A DNA stretch of 50,264 nucleotides from Candidatus Ornithoclostridium faecigallinarum (GTDB lineage Bacteria > Bacillota > Clostridia > Christensenellales > UBA3700), in the NCBI GenBank assembly GCA_018713665.1, contig DVOI01000021.1, forward strand, positions 1-50,264, written 5' to 3'. The position numbers were made by a program, and so were the translations under genes. Of the stretch, positions 17,520-25,545 are shown piece after piece (position 1 is the stretch's first letter; the number at the start of each line of letters is the position of its first letter). The notes beneath the pieces were generated by a model. The model had not been told where the DNA came from. It saw only the letters and a list, made by a program, of their open reading frames with translations, and ran no database searches.

Positions 17520-18839
17520 TCACCTCTTCGGCGCGATCAGCCTGCCCCTGACGACGAAAGGCGGCTCCCCCGCGCGGCGCGCAAGATCGATCAGCATCTT
17601 CCTCAGCCGCGCCTTGACTTCGCGGTGTTCTTTGCTGTGGATGAGATTGCGCGTCTCGGCAGGGTCGGCGCGGAGATCGTACAGATAGTCGTCGACGTAC
17701 ACTTTCGAAAAAGGTTTGCTCCACCCGTCCGAACGGCGCGGCGCCCTGACCGCATAAGTCCATCGGTCCGTACGCACCGCTCTGCCCAGCTTGTCTTCGC
17801 TGATCTGGATATAGACCGCCTCGCGCGAGACGTCCCCTTGCGCCTGCGCAAGCAGATCGAGCCCGTCGAATGCGTCCGGAACGTCCGCGCCCGCCGCGCG
17901 AAGCACCGACGCCGGCAGATCGAGCAGGCTGACGACGCCGCCGAAAGCCCCCTTTGCATATCCTCCGCCGAAAACATACATCGGGATCGCTATCGACGCC
18001 TCGTGGCACGACCGCTTGTACTCGGCGTTGCGCGTCTTGAAGTGGCATCCGTGGTCCGAAGTGTAAAAGACGACAGTGTTTTCGAGCACGCCCCTCTGCG
18101 CGAGCGCGTCTACGACGCGTTTGAAGTTGCGGTCAAGCGCGTGGCAGCATCCGAGATAGTCTTCCCATTGATCCCTGTCGACGCCGAATCCGCGCAGATC
18201 CTCGGGAATCGGTTCTCCCTCCACCGCCGCCCTGTCCTCGGGCGTGCACTCGAACCTGCCGCTCGAGTTTTGATGATGCGGCTCGATGTGCGACAAAAAC
18301 AGAAAAAACGGCTTGTCCGCGTCCGCTCCGCGTATGAATTCGAGCGCGAAATCGGTGATGCGGTCGGCGCGGCAGCCCTCGAAAGTCAGTTTGCGCCCCG
18401 CCTCGTCGAACACATAGCCGCCGCTGCCGTCCGAAGTGAATTCCAGCACGTCCGACGCGCGCCAGTATTCGTATCCTCCGCGCCTCGCCTTGGGCACGGC
18501 TTTTGTCTCGTACCGCCCCTCTTCGTCCGTCATCCCGGACGCCAAATGCCACTTGCCGACATAGGCGGTGCGATAGCCGCCGCGCCTCAATATCTTTGCG
18601 ATCGTGTCGGCGTCCTCCGGCAGAGCGCGCGCATTGGTGAAACAGCCCGTCCGCGTCGCGTATTGCCCCGTCTGCACGCAAGCGCGCGCCGGACCGCATA
18701 CGGGCTGGCAGGTCACCGCGTCATCGAAGCGGACGCCGCGCTCTTCCGCCATCGCGTAAAGATGCGGCGTCACCCGCGGCGTGACGGTGTCGCGCCTCTG
18801 TTGATCCGAAAAGAAAACGACTATGTTGTGTCTGTCCAT
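17520..18839 (-). CDS. Sulfatase-family enzyme (Cys-type CxPxR), no signal peptide
   Basis: I trimmed the track ORF 17520..19067 to ATG 18839 (MDRHNIVVFFSDQQRRD). Active-site motif QPVCGPARACVQTG. Confidence 0.85.
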   Translation of the reverse strand: MDRHNIVVFFSDQQRRDTVTPRVTPHLYAMAEERGVRFDDAVTCQPVCGPARACVQTGQYATRTGCFTNARALPEDADTIAKILRRGGYRTAYVGKWHLASGMTDEEGRYETKAVPKARRGGYEYWRASDVLEFTSDGSGGYVFDEAGRKLTFEGCRADRITDFALEFIRGADADKPFFLFLSHIEPHHQNSSGRFECTPEDRAAVEGEPIPEDLRGFGVDRDQWEDYLGCCHALDRNFKRVVDALAQRGVLENTVVFYTSDHGCHFKTRNAEYKRSCHEASIAIPMYVFGGGYAKGAFGGVVSLLDLPASVLRAAGADVPDAFDGLDLLAQAQGDVSREAVYIQISEDKLGRAVRTDRWTYAVRAPRRSDGWSKPFSKVYVDDYLYDLRADPAETRNLIHSKEHREVKARLRKMLIDLARRAGEPPFVVRGRLIAPKR

Positions 18840-19026
18840 ATTCCGATTATACCATACGGATCCCCGCAAGTCAATATCGTTCCCGACCCGCCGAAACAGC
18901 GCTCGGCTGCCGACTTCGAGCCGAAAAACTTTCTTTGTCCGAGGGATCGCCGCCGCTCCGCCGATGACGCCGCGCGAAAAAGTCGCTTCGCTTTGCTTCC
19001 GAACGGGACTTTTCGGCGCGCTTTCG

Positions 19027-19055
19027 TTGCAAATCGAGACGATTTCCGCTACAAT
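19027..19055 (+). promoter_or_regulatory. Promoter TTGCAA-17-TACAAT placed 6 nt before the ATG (leaderless geometry)
   Basis: TTGCAA 19027-19032, 17-nt spacer, TACAAT 19050-19055, atcaat, ATG 19062. No Shine-Dalgarno site. Confidence 0.5.
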
Positions 19056-19061
19056 ATCAAT

Positions 19062-19793
19062 ATGCAAAAATTACTCGCGCTCACGCGCAAGGCGATCAAC
19101 GACTACGAAATGATCGCCGACGGCGACAGTATCGCCGTCGGCGTAAGCGGCGGCAAGGACAGCACGGCTCTGCTCGCCGTGCTCGCCGCGTACAAAAAAT
19201 TCGCGCCCGAAAAATTCGAACTGCGCGCGATCAACATCGATATGGGCTTCAAGGACACCGACCCCGCTCAAGTCAAAGCGCTTCGCGACTGGTGCGACGG
19301 CATAGGCGTGCCTTTGACCGTCGTCGGGACCGACATCGCCGAGATCATCTTCGAGCGGCGCAAGGAGTCCTCTCCGTGCAGCCTTTGCTCCAAGATGCGC
19401 CGCGGCGCGCTCAACAACGCCGCGATCGAGGCGGGATGCAACAAACTCGCGCTCGCCCACCACGCCGACGACGTCCTCGGCACGTTTTTGCTGTCACTGC
19501 TGTTCGAAGGCAGGCTGTCCACCTTTGCGCCGAAGTCGTATATGAGCCGCACCGGCGTCACGCTGATCCGCCCGTTCGTCTATGTCGAAGAGAAGTATCT
19601 GTCCGGACTGTGCCGCAGGCTGTCGCTGCCCGTCGTCTTCAATCCGTGCCCCGAAGACAAACACACGGGGCGCGAGGACGTCAAGCGCATGATCGAGACC
19701 GCGGAAAGCATTTCGCCCAACGCGAAAAAGCTTATGATGAGCGCGCTGTTCCACCCCGAACGCAACAACCTCTGGCTGCCGCCCAAAGATTGA
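19062..19793 (+). CDS. TtcA-family PP-loop ATP pyrophosphatase (tRNA thiolation type)
   Basis: This is the 3' part of the composite track ORF 17421..19793. Starting at ATG 19062 gives MQKLLALTRKAINDYEMI..., the SGGKDS PP-loop, and the CSLCSKMRRG and NPCPED Cys motifs. Confidence 0.85.
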   Translation: MQKLLALTRKAINDYEMIADGDSIAVGVSGGKDSTALLAVLAAYKKFAPEKFELRAINIDMGFKDTDPAQVKALRDWCDGIGVPLTVVGTDIAEIIFERRKESSPCSLCSKMRRGALNNAAIEAGCNKLALAHHADDVLGTFLLSLLFEGRLSTFAPKSYMSRTGVTLIRPFVYVEEKYLSGLCRRLSLPVVFNPCPEDKHTGREDVKRMIETAESISPNAKKLMMSALFHPERNNLWLPPKD

Positions 19794-19813
19794 TTTTTCG
19801 GCGCCCGTGTTCG

Positions 19814-20071
19814 TCAACCGCGCTTTGATCTCAATGCGCGGTATTTTTTGCGCGTGCTTTCGCCGCCGCGTATGTGCCTGATCTCGAGGTTGCGCTCGAG
19901 CACGCGTGCGACCTCTTCGCCCAGCGCGGGATCGATCGCCGCGAGCCTTGCGGTCACGTCGGCATGCACTGTGCTTTTGCCCACCCCGAATACCGCCGCG
20001 CACTGCCTCAGCGTGCAGCCCGTTTCAAGAATGTACCGCGCCTCGAAAAGCGCCCTCGATGTCTTTTCCAT
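19814..20071 (-). CDS. spoIIID: Stage III sporulation protein D (HTH regulator)
   Basis: Trimmed to ATG 20071, which follows a GAGGTGGAG Shine-Dalgarno. VFGVGKSTVHADVTARL...IRHIRGGESTRKKY matches SpoIIID. Confidence 0.9.
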   Translation of the reverse strand: MEKTSRALFEARYILETGCTLRQCAAVFGVGKSTVHADVTARLAAIDPALGEEVARVLERNLEIRHIRGGESTRKKYRALRSKRG

Positions 20072-20259
20072 CTCCACCTCAAAACAGGATATTCGCGCCC
20101 CGGCGCGATATGACCGCCCGGCGCCGCATTTTGATGAACGAACGCTCATACGCTCATATCTTTTGCACTTTTACCGCCATATGAACATATGAAGATACCG
20201 TCGTTCGACCATACCCGTAAATGCGGATATCTTCATTGCCGCAATGAGCATATCGGCAT

Positions 20260-20664
20260 ATGTTCGCCCATTGCGCGCACAACAATGTCATGGAACTTCT
20301 GACATCAAAGCGCAAAAACCGCCCTCTCCTCTCCGCGATTTTCGGCGTCGCGGTCGGCGCGGCGAACGGACTTTTCGGCGGAGGGGGAGGCATGATCGCT
20401 GTACCCGCGCTGACGCTGACCGGCGTACCGTCCAAAAAGGCTCACGCGACCGCGATCGCGATCATATTGCCGCTGTCGCTGATCAGCGGCGCGGTCTATC
20501 TCGCAAAGGGGGCGGCAGACCCGTCGGTCATACTGCCGTCATGCGCCGGCGTGATCGCCGGCGGAATCGTCGGCGCGCTGTTGCTCAAAAAGATAAATTC
20601 CCGCGGGCTTTCGCTGCTCTTTTATGCCCTTATGATCGCGGCGGGGCTCAAACTCTCGCTGTGA
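20260..20664 (+). CDS. TauE/SafE (TSUP) family membrane protein, half-size, part 1
   Basis: 134 aa with GLFGGGGGMIAVPAL. ATG 20290 (MELLTSKRK) is an alternative start. Confidence 0.7.
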   Translation: MFAHCAHNNVMELLTSKRKNRPLLSAIFGVAVGAANGLFGGGGGMIAVPALTLTGVPSKKAHATAIAIILPLSLISGAVYLAKGAADPSVILPSCAGVIAGGIVGALLLKKINSRGLSLLFYALMIAAGLKLSL

Positions 20665-21098
20665 ATACCGCCGTCCTCATTGCCATCGGGTTTGCCGGCG
20701 GAGTGCTGGGCGGCATGGGGCTCGGCGGGGGCACGCTGCTGATACCGCTGATGACCTTACTTGCCGGCGTTCCGCAAAAGACCGCCGCCGCGGTCAACCT
20801 GATCGCATTCGTCCCGATGGCGGCAATCGCCCTCGCCGTACACGCAAAGAACGGGTTGATACAAAAGGACGCGATCGCTCCTACCGCCATCCCGGCTGCG
20901 ACGGTGTGCGCGCTGTTCTCGCTGCTCGCCTGCAATTCGAGGGACGAAACTCTGTCGCGCGCTTTCGGGATCTTTCTCGTCGTATTGGGTTTGCTGATGC
21001 TCGCAAAACTGCTTTTGAGCGCTCTCGCCGAAAAGACACGCCTCGCAATGCTTGCGGTGATAAGGCGCGATCTGCCGCACACTTTTGCGCAAAAATGA
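20661..21098 (+). CDS. TauE/SafE (TSUP) family membrane protein, half-size, part 2
   Basis: The GTG start overlaps the upstream stop (GTGA at 20661-20664). VNTAVLIAIGFAGGVLGGMGLGGGTLLIPLM. Confidence 0.7.
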   Translation: MNTAVLIAIGFAGGVLGGMGLGGGTLLIPLMTLLAGVPQKTAAAVNLIAFVPMAAIALAVHAKNGLIQKDAIAPTAIPAATVCALFSLLACNSRDETLSRAFGIFLVVLGLLMLAKLLLSALAEKTRLAMLAVIRRDLPHTFAQK

Positions 21099-21235
21099 CG
21101 TCAAATCGCATACATGTCGCGAATTTTTCATCTTTGCCATCCTCTTCGCCGCGCCGTTCTGCCGTCCGCGCCGCCCCTCTTTCGGCGCTTTGACGAAAGA
21201 GGGGTGCAAAGGCGCAATTTTTCACCGCTATTTAA

Positions 21236-21264
21236 TTGCTTTTTTTGCGCGCATTGATTATAAT
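21236..21264 (+). promoter_or_regulatory. Putative promoter of the giant surface protein gene (TTGCTT-17-TATAAT)
   Basis: TTGCTT 21236-21241, 17-nt spacer, TATAAT 21259-21264. Two further TATAAT-like boxes lie downstream in an AT-rich leader. Confidence 0.4.
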
Positions 21265-21326
21265 GTTTTTGTTATAATAAAAGAAAAATATTATAATAGA
21301 CAAATAATCAACATAAAGGTGGTTAA

Positions 21327-24300
21327 ATGAACACTAAAAGACGACTGTGCCTGGCTTTGGTTTCGCTGATGCTCTGCGTCGTGCTCATCTTCGGCGTCGC
21401 CGCTTGCGACGACACGCCCGAAGAGGACATCCCCAGCGCCGAGACCGACAGCGACCTTCTCTTCACCAACGGCACGTTCGGCAACACTACGGGCAGCACC
21501 TATCCGCTCACTCCCTCCAATTGGACGGGCGCACGCGGCAGTTCAAGCGGCTCCAACTCCACTCCCGGCGGTTCGGACAACCTGATCGCCGGCGTCATCA
21601 GCGTCGAACAGGATTCGTACAGCGACAACAGGGACACCTACGGCAACGTCGGCTCGCCCGGCAAGCCCGAGGGCGCAAAGGATGACAATATCCTTATGAT
21701 CTACAACAAGGTCCCGACCGTCTACAAGTACACTTCCGCGTCCGTCTCGCTCGCGACCTCGTCTTACTACAAGCTGACCTTCTCCGTCTACACCGACATC
21801 GAGGACGGCGACGCCGCGCGCGGCGCGTATGTCTATGTCAACGGCGGCGCATATACGGCGTTCAAGGCGATCGACACCGACAAGAAGTGGGTCACCTACA
21901 CCGTCTATATCGAGACGTCCGACATCTCGTCGCAGAACATCACCGTCGTGCTGTCGCTCGGCGACGGCAACAAGATCGGCGGCGCGATGACTCAGGGCTA
22001 CGCCTACTTTGACGAAGTCAAGCTGGAAAACCTCTCCGACGTCGAAGAGGGCGAGACCGCGTTCACCGAATCCGATTTCGACGCGGTGACCGTGAACGAC
22101 ACCACCGCCAAATATACGATGAAGGTCTCGGACGGCGAGTTTGACTACTCGACCACGACGACCTCTCCGTACAGCGCTTCCAAGTGGTCCGGCATGGCGG
22201 GCAGAGGCGACGGCGACAACGCGCCCTCCTCTTCTTCCTATGTCAGCAAGGGCATCGTCGACAGTTCCGTCACCTCGACGGTTGCCGCTCACGACGGCTC
22301 CGACGTCGACGTCACCGTCGCGGAAGGCACCGTCGGCACCAAGATGTTGATGATCAACAACAAACAGGCGACCGCGTACGGCTACCGCAGCTCGGCGGCG
22401 ATGCGCCTGTTCGGAGGCAACGACAGCTACTACAAGATCTCCGTCAAGGTCCGCACCGCGGCTTTGGCAGAGGGCGGCGCGTCGATTGCGCTGACCGACG
22501 GCTCCAACGACAGCGATCCCTATCTGCTCGTCACCGACATCAACACGAACGGCGCATGGCAGACGATCGACCTGTTCGTCCAAGCCAACCAATTCCGCAG
22601 CACGGACATCTATCTCGAGCTGTGGCTGGGCAGAGGCGGCGAAGACAACGCCGACACCCATGTCGAGGGCGTCGCGTTCTTCGACGGCGTGACTCTCGAC
22701 AAGGCGACCGCGGAGCAATACAACGACGCCGCCGAGGGCAGGTCCCACTCTTTCTTCACCGACGAGGCGAATCTCGACCGTTCGTCTTTGACCACCGCCA
22801 AATTTGTGCTCGCCGACGCGGACGCGGTCATCCCGAATCGCACGACTTGGAGGAACGTCAGCACCAAGGATTGGGCCGCCGATACGGATACTTCCGGCTC
22901 GACCCTCTTCCCCGACCTTGAAAATCCCTCCGTCCCCGTCACTTCGTGGGCCAACAAGGACGTGCTTGTCATCCACAACTACAAGTCCTCTTCGTTCGCT
23001 CTGTCCACTCTGACCGAGGGCACCGATTCGACCGAAGCGAGCGGGCTGTTCACCGTCTCGCGCAATCGCTGCTACATCATCTCCGTTTGGGTCAAGACGC
23101 AGGACATCAAGGAAGGCTCCGGCATCACCGTCGCGCTGTTCTCCTATGACAAAGACGCCAAAGAGGACGAGCGCAAGACTCAGCTGTCTTCGTTCACCAA
23201 CGTCAACACCGCAGACCTCGACGACTATGTCAGCGAGGGCAACAACGGCTATACCGAATTGAGATTCGTCGTCAAGGGCGCGAACGCCGAGGATACCCTC
23301 GTCGGACTCGACGTCTCCTTCGGCAGCGGCACTTCGATGCAACCGACCACCCACCTGTCGGGCTATGCGATGCTGTCGTCGATCTCGATCGAATCCATCG
23401 ATTATGACGACTACTCGTCCGTGTCGACCGACACGGTCACCAAGTCCGTTTCGCTTTTGAGCAGCGGCAGCTCCACCGAGCTGTCCTCCAACGGCTACTT
23501 CAACTACATCGACGTGTCCGCGACTCAAAGCGCGTACGCCGACATCGCGACCGAGGCCGATCCCGTCTACACCGATGACGGCCTTCTCGGCGGCTTTGCC
23601 GGCGTGCCCGACGGCTGGACGGTCAACAACTCCGCAAACCTCACCTCGCCCGGAACCGTCGCGGGCGTGCTCGAACTCGACAACCCCGGACATCTCGGCT
23701 CCGACCGCATCACGGACGCGTTCGGCACGATTGATCCGGAGAAGTTCTACAACGGGATGGATCTTGTCGGCGCCACCAAGGACAACTACCCCAACGTGCT
23801 CGCTATCCACAGCGCCGCCAACATCTCCTATGAGAGCGACTCCGTGTCGCTGTCCGCATCGAGCTACTACCTGCTCGGCGTATGGGTCAAGACGGACGGC
23901 AAGAGCACCGTCACCGTCTCGGTCGACGCCTCCACCGACAGCGCCGGGGTGACGACTTTCACCCCCGCCGACGACGCGTGGCACTACTACAGCTTCTATA
24001 TCAGGACGGGCTTCACCGCGGTCGATGTCACTATGACGCTCGGCGTTGCGCCTCTCGGAGGCAACGTCAACACCGCGTACTTCGCCATCGCGAGCTACAA
24101 CACCGTCCCCGAGGCGACGTTTGAAAAGGCGCAGGCGGCAGACACCGCTTCCGACAACATCACCGTCAAGTCGTTCACCGTAGACTCGTTCGACAGCGCG
24201 ACCGACCTCGCCGAGATGGACGCCCCCGACAATTGGAGCGGCGCTACCCTCGACGAAGACGCAAGCACTTCGGAAGAGGACTTCGCCGGCGGCGTGTTTA

Positions 24301-25151
24301 ATCAGCGTGAAGGCAACTGGGAAGAGCTCGGCATCGATCCCGACGTCGAGACCGCGATCGCCGGCAAGCTGGACGCGTCCACCGCGGTCGGCAACGGCGT
24401 GCTCGGCGACAACGTGCTCGTCATCAACAACAAGGTCGCGGGCGCATACTCCTACTCCGCCGACAGCATCACCCTCGAGGGCGACACCTACTACAAGGTG
24501 AGCATCTGGGCTCTGACCTACAAGCTGGGCAAGGATGAGACCGCGACGATCTCGCTCAAGCTCAACAACCTCACCTACACCTTCGGCAGACAAAACCACA
24601 GCGAGGGCGACGACGCAAAGCGCGTGGTCAACACCTCCACCTATGCCGAGGACGGCACCGAGACCGTCGGCGAGTGGACGCAGTACACCTTCTATGTCCA
24701 CACCGAAAAGGACGTCACCCCGACCGCGGTGCTCACCGCGCAGCTCGGCTTTGACGGACATATGGTCGAGGGCTATGCCTTCTTCGACAACTTCGAGGTC
24801 GACAAGATCTCCGAAGACGACTACAAAGCCGCGACCAACACCGACGAGAGCGCCGGTACGGTCATGGACGTCGCAAACAACTACGCGATCAACTTCACCG
24901 AAGAGGACGCGAACGCTGAGGAAGAACCCGACGAGGACGAAGACACCGAAAATCCCGGCACAAGCGACCTCATCTGGCTGTGGATCACCTCCGCCGTCAT
25001 CGGCGTCATCCTGCTGGTCGTCGTCATCGTCGTACTGGTCAGAAAGTACACGGCGAGCCGCAAGTTCAAATCGCGCAAGAAGCCGACTTCTCCGACAGGA
25101 CGCACCGGCGACAGACGCGACGAAAACGACAACAAGGGCGACAGACGCTAA
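21327..25151 (+). CDS. Giant cell-surface protein: lipoprotein signal, five CBM/jelly-roll-like modules, acidic linker, C-terminal TM anchor, basic tail
   Basis: 1274 aa. Lipobox LIFGVAAC (Cys27). Five-fold internal repeat of ..(V/M)L(M/V)I(N/H)N.., ..YY(K/L)(I/L/V)S(V/I)(W/K)V(K/R)T.. and ..GYA(Y/F)FD.. motifs. C-terminal LIWLWITSAVIGVILLVVVIVVLV followed by RKYTASRKFKSRKK. Confidence 0.85.
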   Translation: MNTKRRLCLALVSLMLCVVLIFGVAACDDTPEEDIPSAETDSDLLFTNGTFGNTTGSTYPLTPSNWTGARGSSSGSNSTPGGSDNLIAGVISVEQDSYSDNRDTYGNVGSPGKPEGAKDDNILMIYNKVPTVYKYTSASVSLATSSYYKLTFSVYTDIEDGDAARGAYVYVNGGAYTAFKAIDTDKKWVTYTVYIETSDISSQNITVVLSLGDGNKIGGAMTQGYAYFDEVKLENLSDVEEGETAFTESDFDAVTVNDTTAKYTMKVSDGEFDYSTTTTSPYSASKWSGMAGRGDGDNAPSSSSYVSKGIVDSSVTSTVAAHDGSDVDVTVAEGTVGTKMLMINNKQATAYGYRSSAAMRLFGGNDSYYKISVKVRTAALAEGGASIALTDGSNDSDPYLLVTDINTNGAWQTIDLFVQANQFRSTDIYLELWLGRGGEDNADTHVEGVAFFDGVTLDKATAEQYNDAAEGRSHSFFTDEANLDRSSLTTAKFVLADADAVIPNRTTWRNVSTKDWAADTDTSGSTLFPDLENPSVPVTSWANKDVLVIHNYKSSSFALSTLTEGTDSTEASGLFTVSRNRCYIISVWVKTQDIKEGSGITVALFSYDKDAKEDERKTQLSSFTNVNTADLDDYVSEGNNGYTELRFVVKGANAEDTLVGLDVSFGSGTSMQPTTHLSGYAMLSSISIESIDYDDYSSVSTDTVTKSVSLLSSGSSTELSSNGYFNYIDVSATQSAYADIATEADPVYTDDGLLGGFAGVPDGWTVNNSANLTSPGTVAGVLELDNPGHLGSDRITDAFGTIDPEKFYNGMDLVGATKDNYPNVLAIHSAANISYESDSVSLSASSYYLLGVWVKTDGKSTVTVSVDASTDSAGVTTFTPADDAWHYYSFYIRTGFTAVDVTMTLGVAPLGGNVNTAYFAIASYNTVPEATFEKAQAADTASDNITVKSFTVDSFDSATDLAEMDAPDNWSGATLDEDASTSEEDFAGGVFNQREGNWEELGIDPDVETAIAGKLDASTAVGNGVLGDNVLVINNKVAGAYSYSADSITLEGDTYYKVSIWALTYKLGKDETATISLKLNNLTYTFGRQNHSEGDDAKRVVNTSTYAEDGTETVGEWTQYTFYVHTEKDVTPTAVLTAQLGFDGHMVEGYAFFDNFEVDKISEDDYKAATNTDESAGTVMDVANNYAINFTEEDANAEEEPDEDEDTENPGTSDLIWLWITSAVIGVILLVVVIVVLVRKYTASRKFKSRKKPTSPTGRTGDRRDENDNKGDRR

Positions 25152-25170
25152 GCCCCAAAAATAGGCGCAA

Positions 25171-25205
25171 AGGGCGGCTTTGAGATCAAAGCCGCCCTAT
25201 TTTTA
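25171..25205. terminator. Terminator between the convergent surface-protein and LysM genes
   Basis: 11-bp stem AGGGCGGCTTT/AAAGCCGCCCT (25171-25198), followed by attttta. Confidence 0.7.
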
Positions 25206-25493
25206 CTCTATATACAACATCTGCCCCAAGAACACCGCTCCGCCTTCCAAGCCGTTGAGCGCGGCTATCTTTTGCGCGCTCGTGCCGTGGGCAGCCGCTA
25301 TCTTTGCGAGAGTGTCGAACGGCTTTACCGTATAATATGTCCCGTCGCGCTTGACCACTTCGAGTTTCATCCCCTCGAACGGCTCGCCGTCGACATTGTT
25401 CGCCGCCGCGAGCTCGCGCTCGGGCACGCCGTATCTGCGCGCTATCCTGCGCAGGTCTTCCCCTTTTTGCACCGTGTGGATGAAGTATTTCAT
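25203..25493 (-). CDS. Small protein with two LysM domains
   Basis: 96 aa. HTVQKGEDLRRIARRYGV and YTVKPFDTLAKIAAAHGT are LysM starts. Confidence 0.85.
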   Translation of the reverse strand: MKYFIHTVQKGEDLRRIARRYGVPERELAAANNVDGEPFEGMKLEVVKRDGTYYTVKPFDTLAKIAAAHGTSAQKIAALNGLEGGAVFLGQMLYIE

Positions 25494-25545
25494 ACTCTAT
25501 CTTACGTCAGTCCGGAGCATATAGAACGCCCGCGCCGTCATATAT

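Noticed and set aside
17421-19061. 5' 547 codons of the 790-aa track ORF
   Set aside because: This part is antisense to the sulfatase gene. Only the last 243 codons, from ATG 19062, encode the PP-loop protein.
20072-20259. Possible sigma-E/sigma-K type promoter and CATATG-rich repeats upstream of spoIIID and the TauE genes
   Set aside because: CATAC and CATATG strings are present, but I could not place them at convincing -35/-10 spacing on either strand.
21543-24761. 1072-aa minus-strand ORF inside the giant surface protein gene
   Set aside because: It is antisense to a gene with a clear signal peptide, modular repeats and a TM anchor. The product is a Gly/Arg/Val/Asp-rich artefact with no start-site support.
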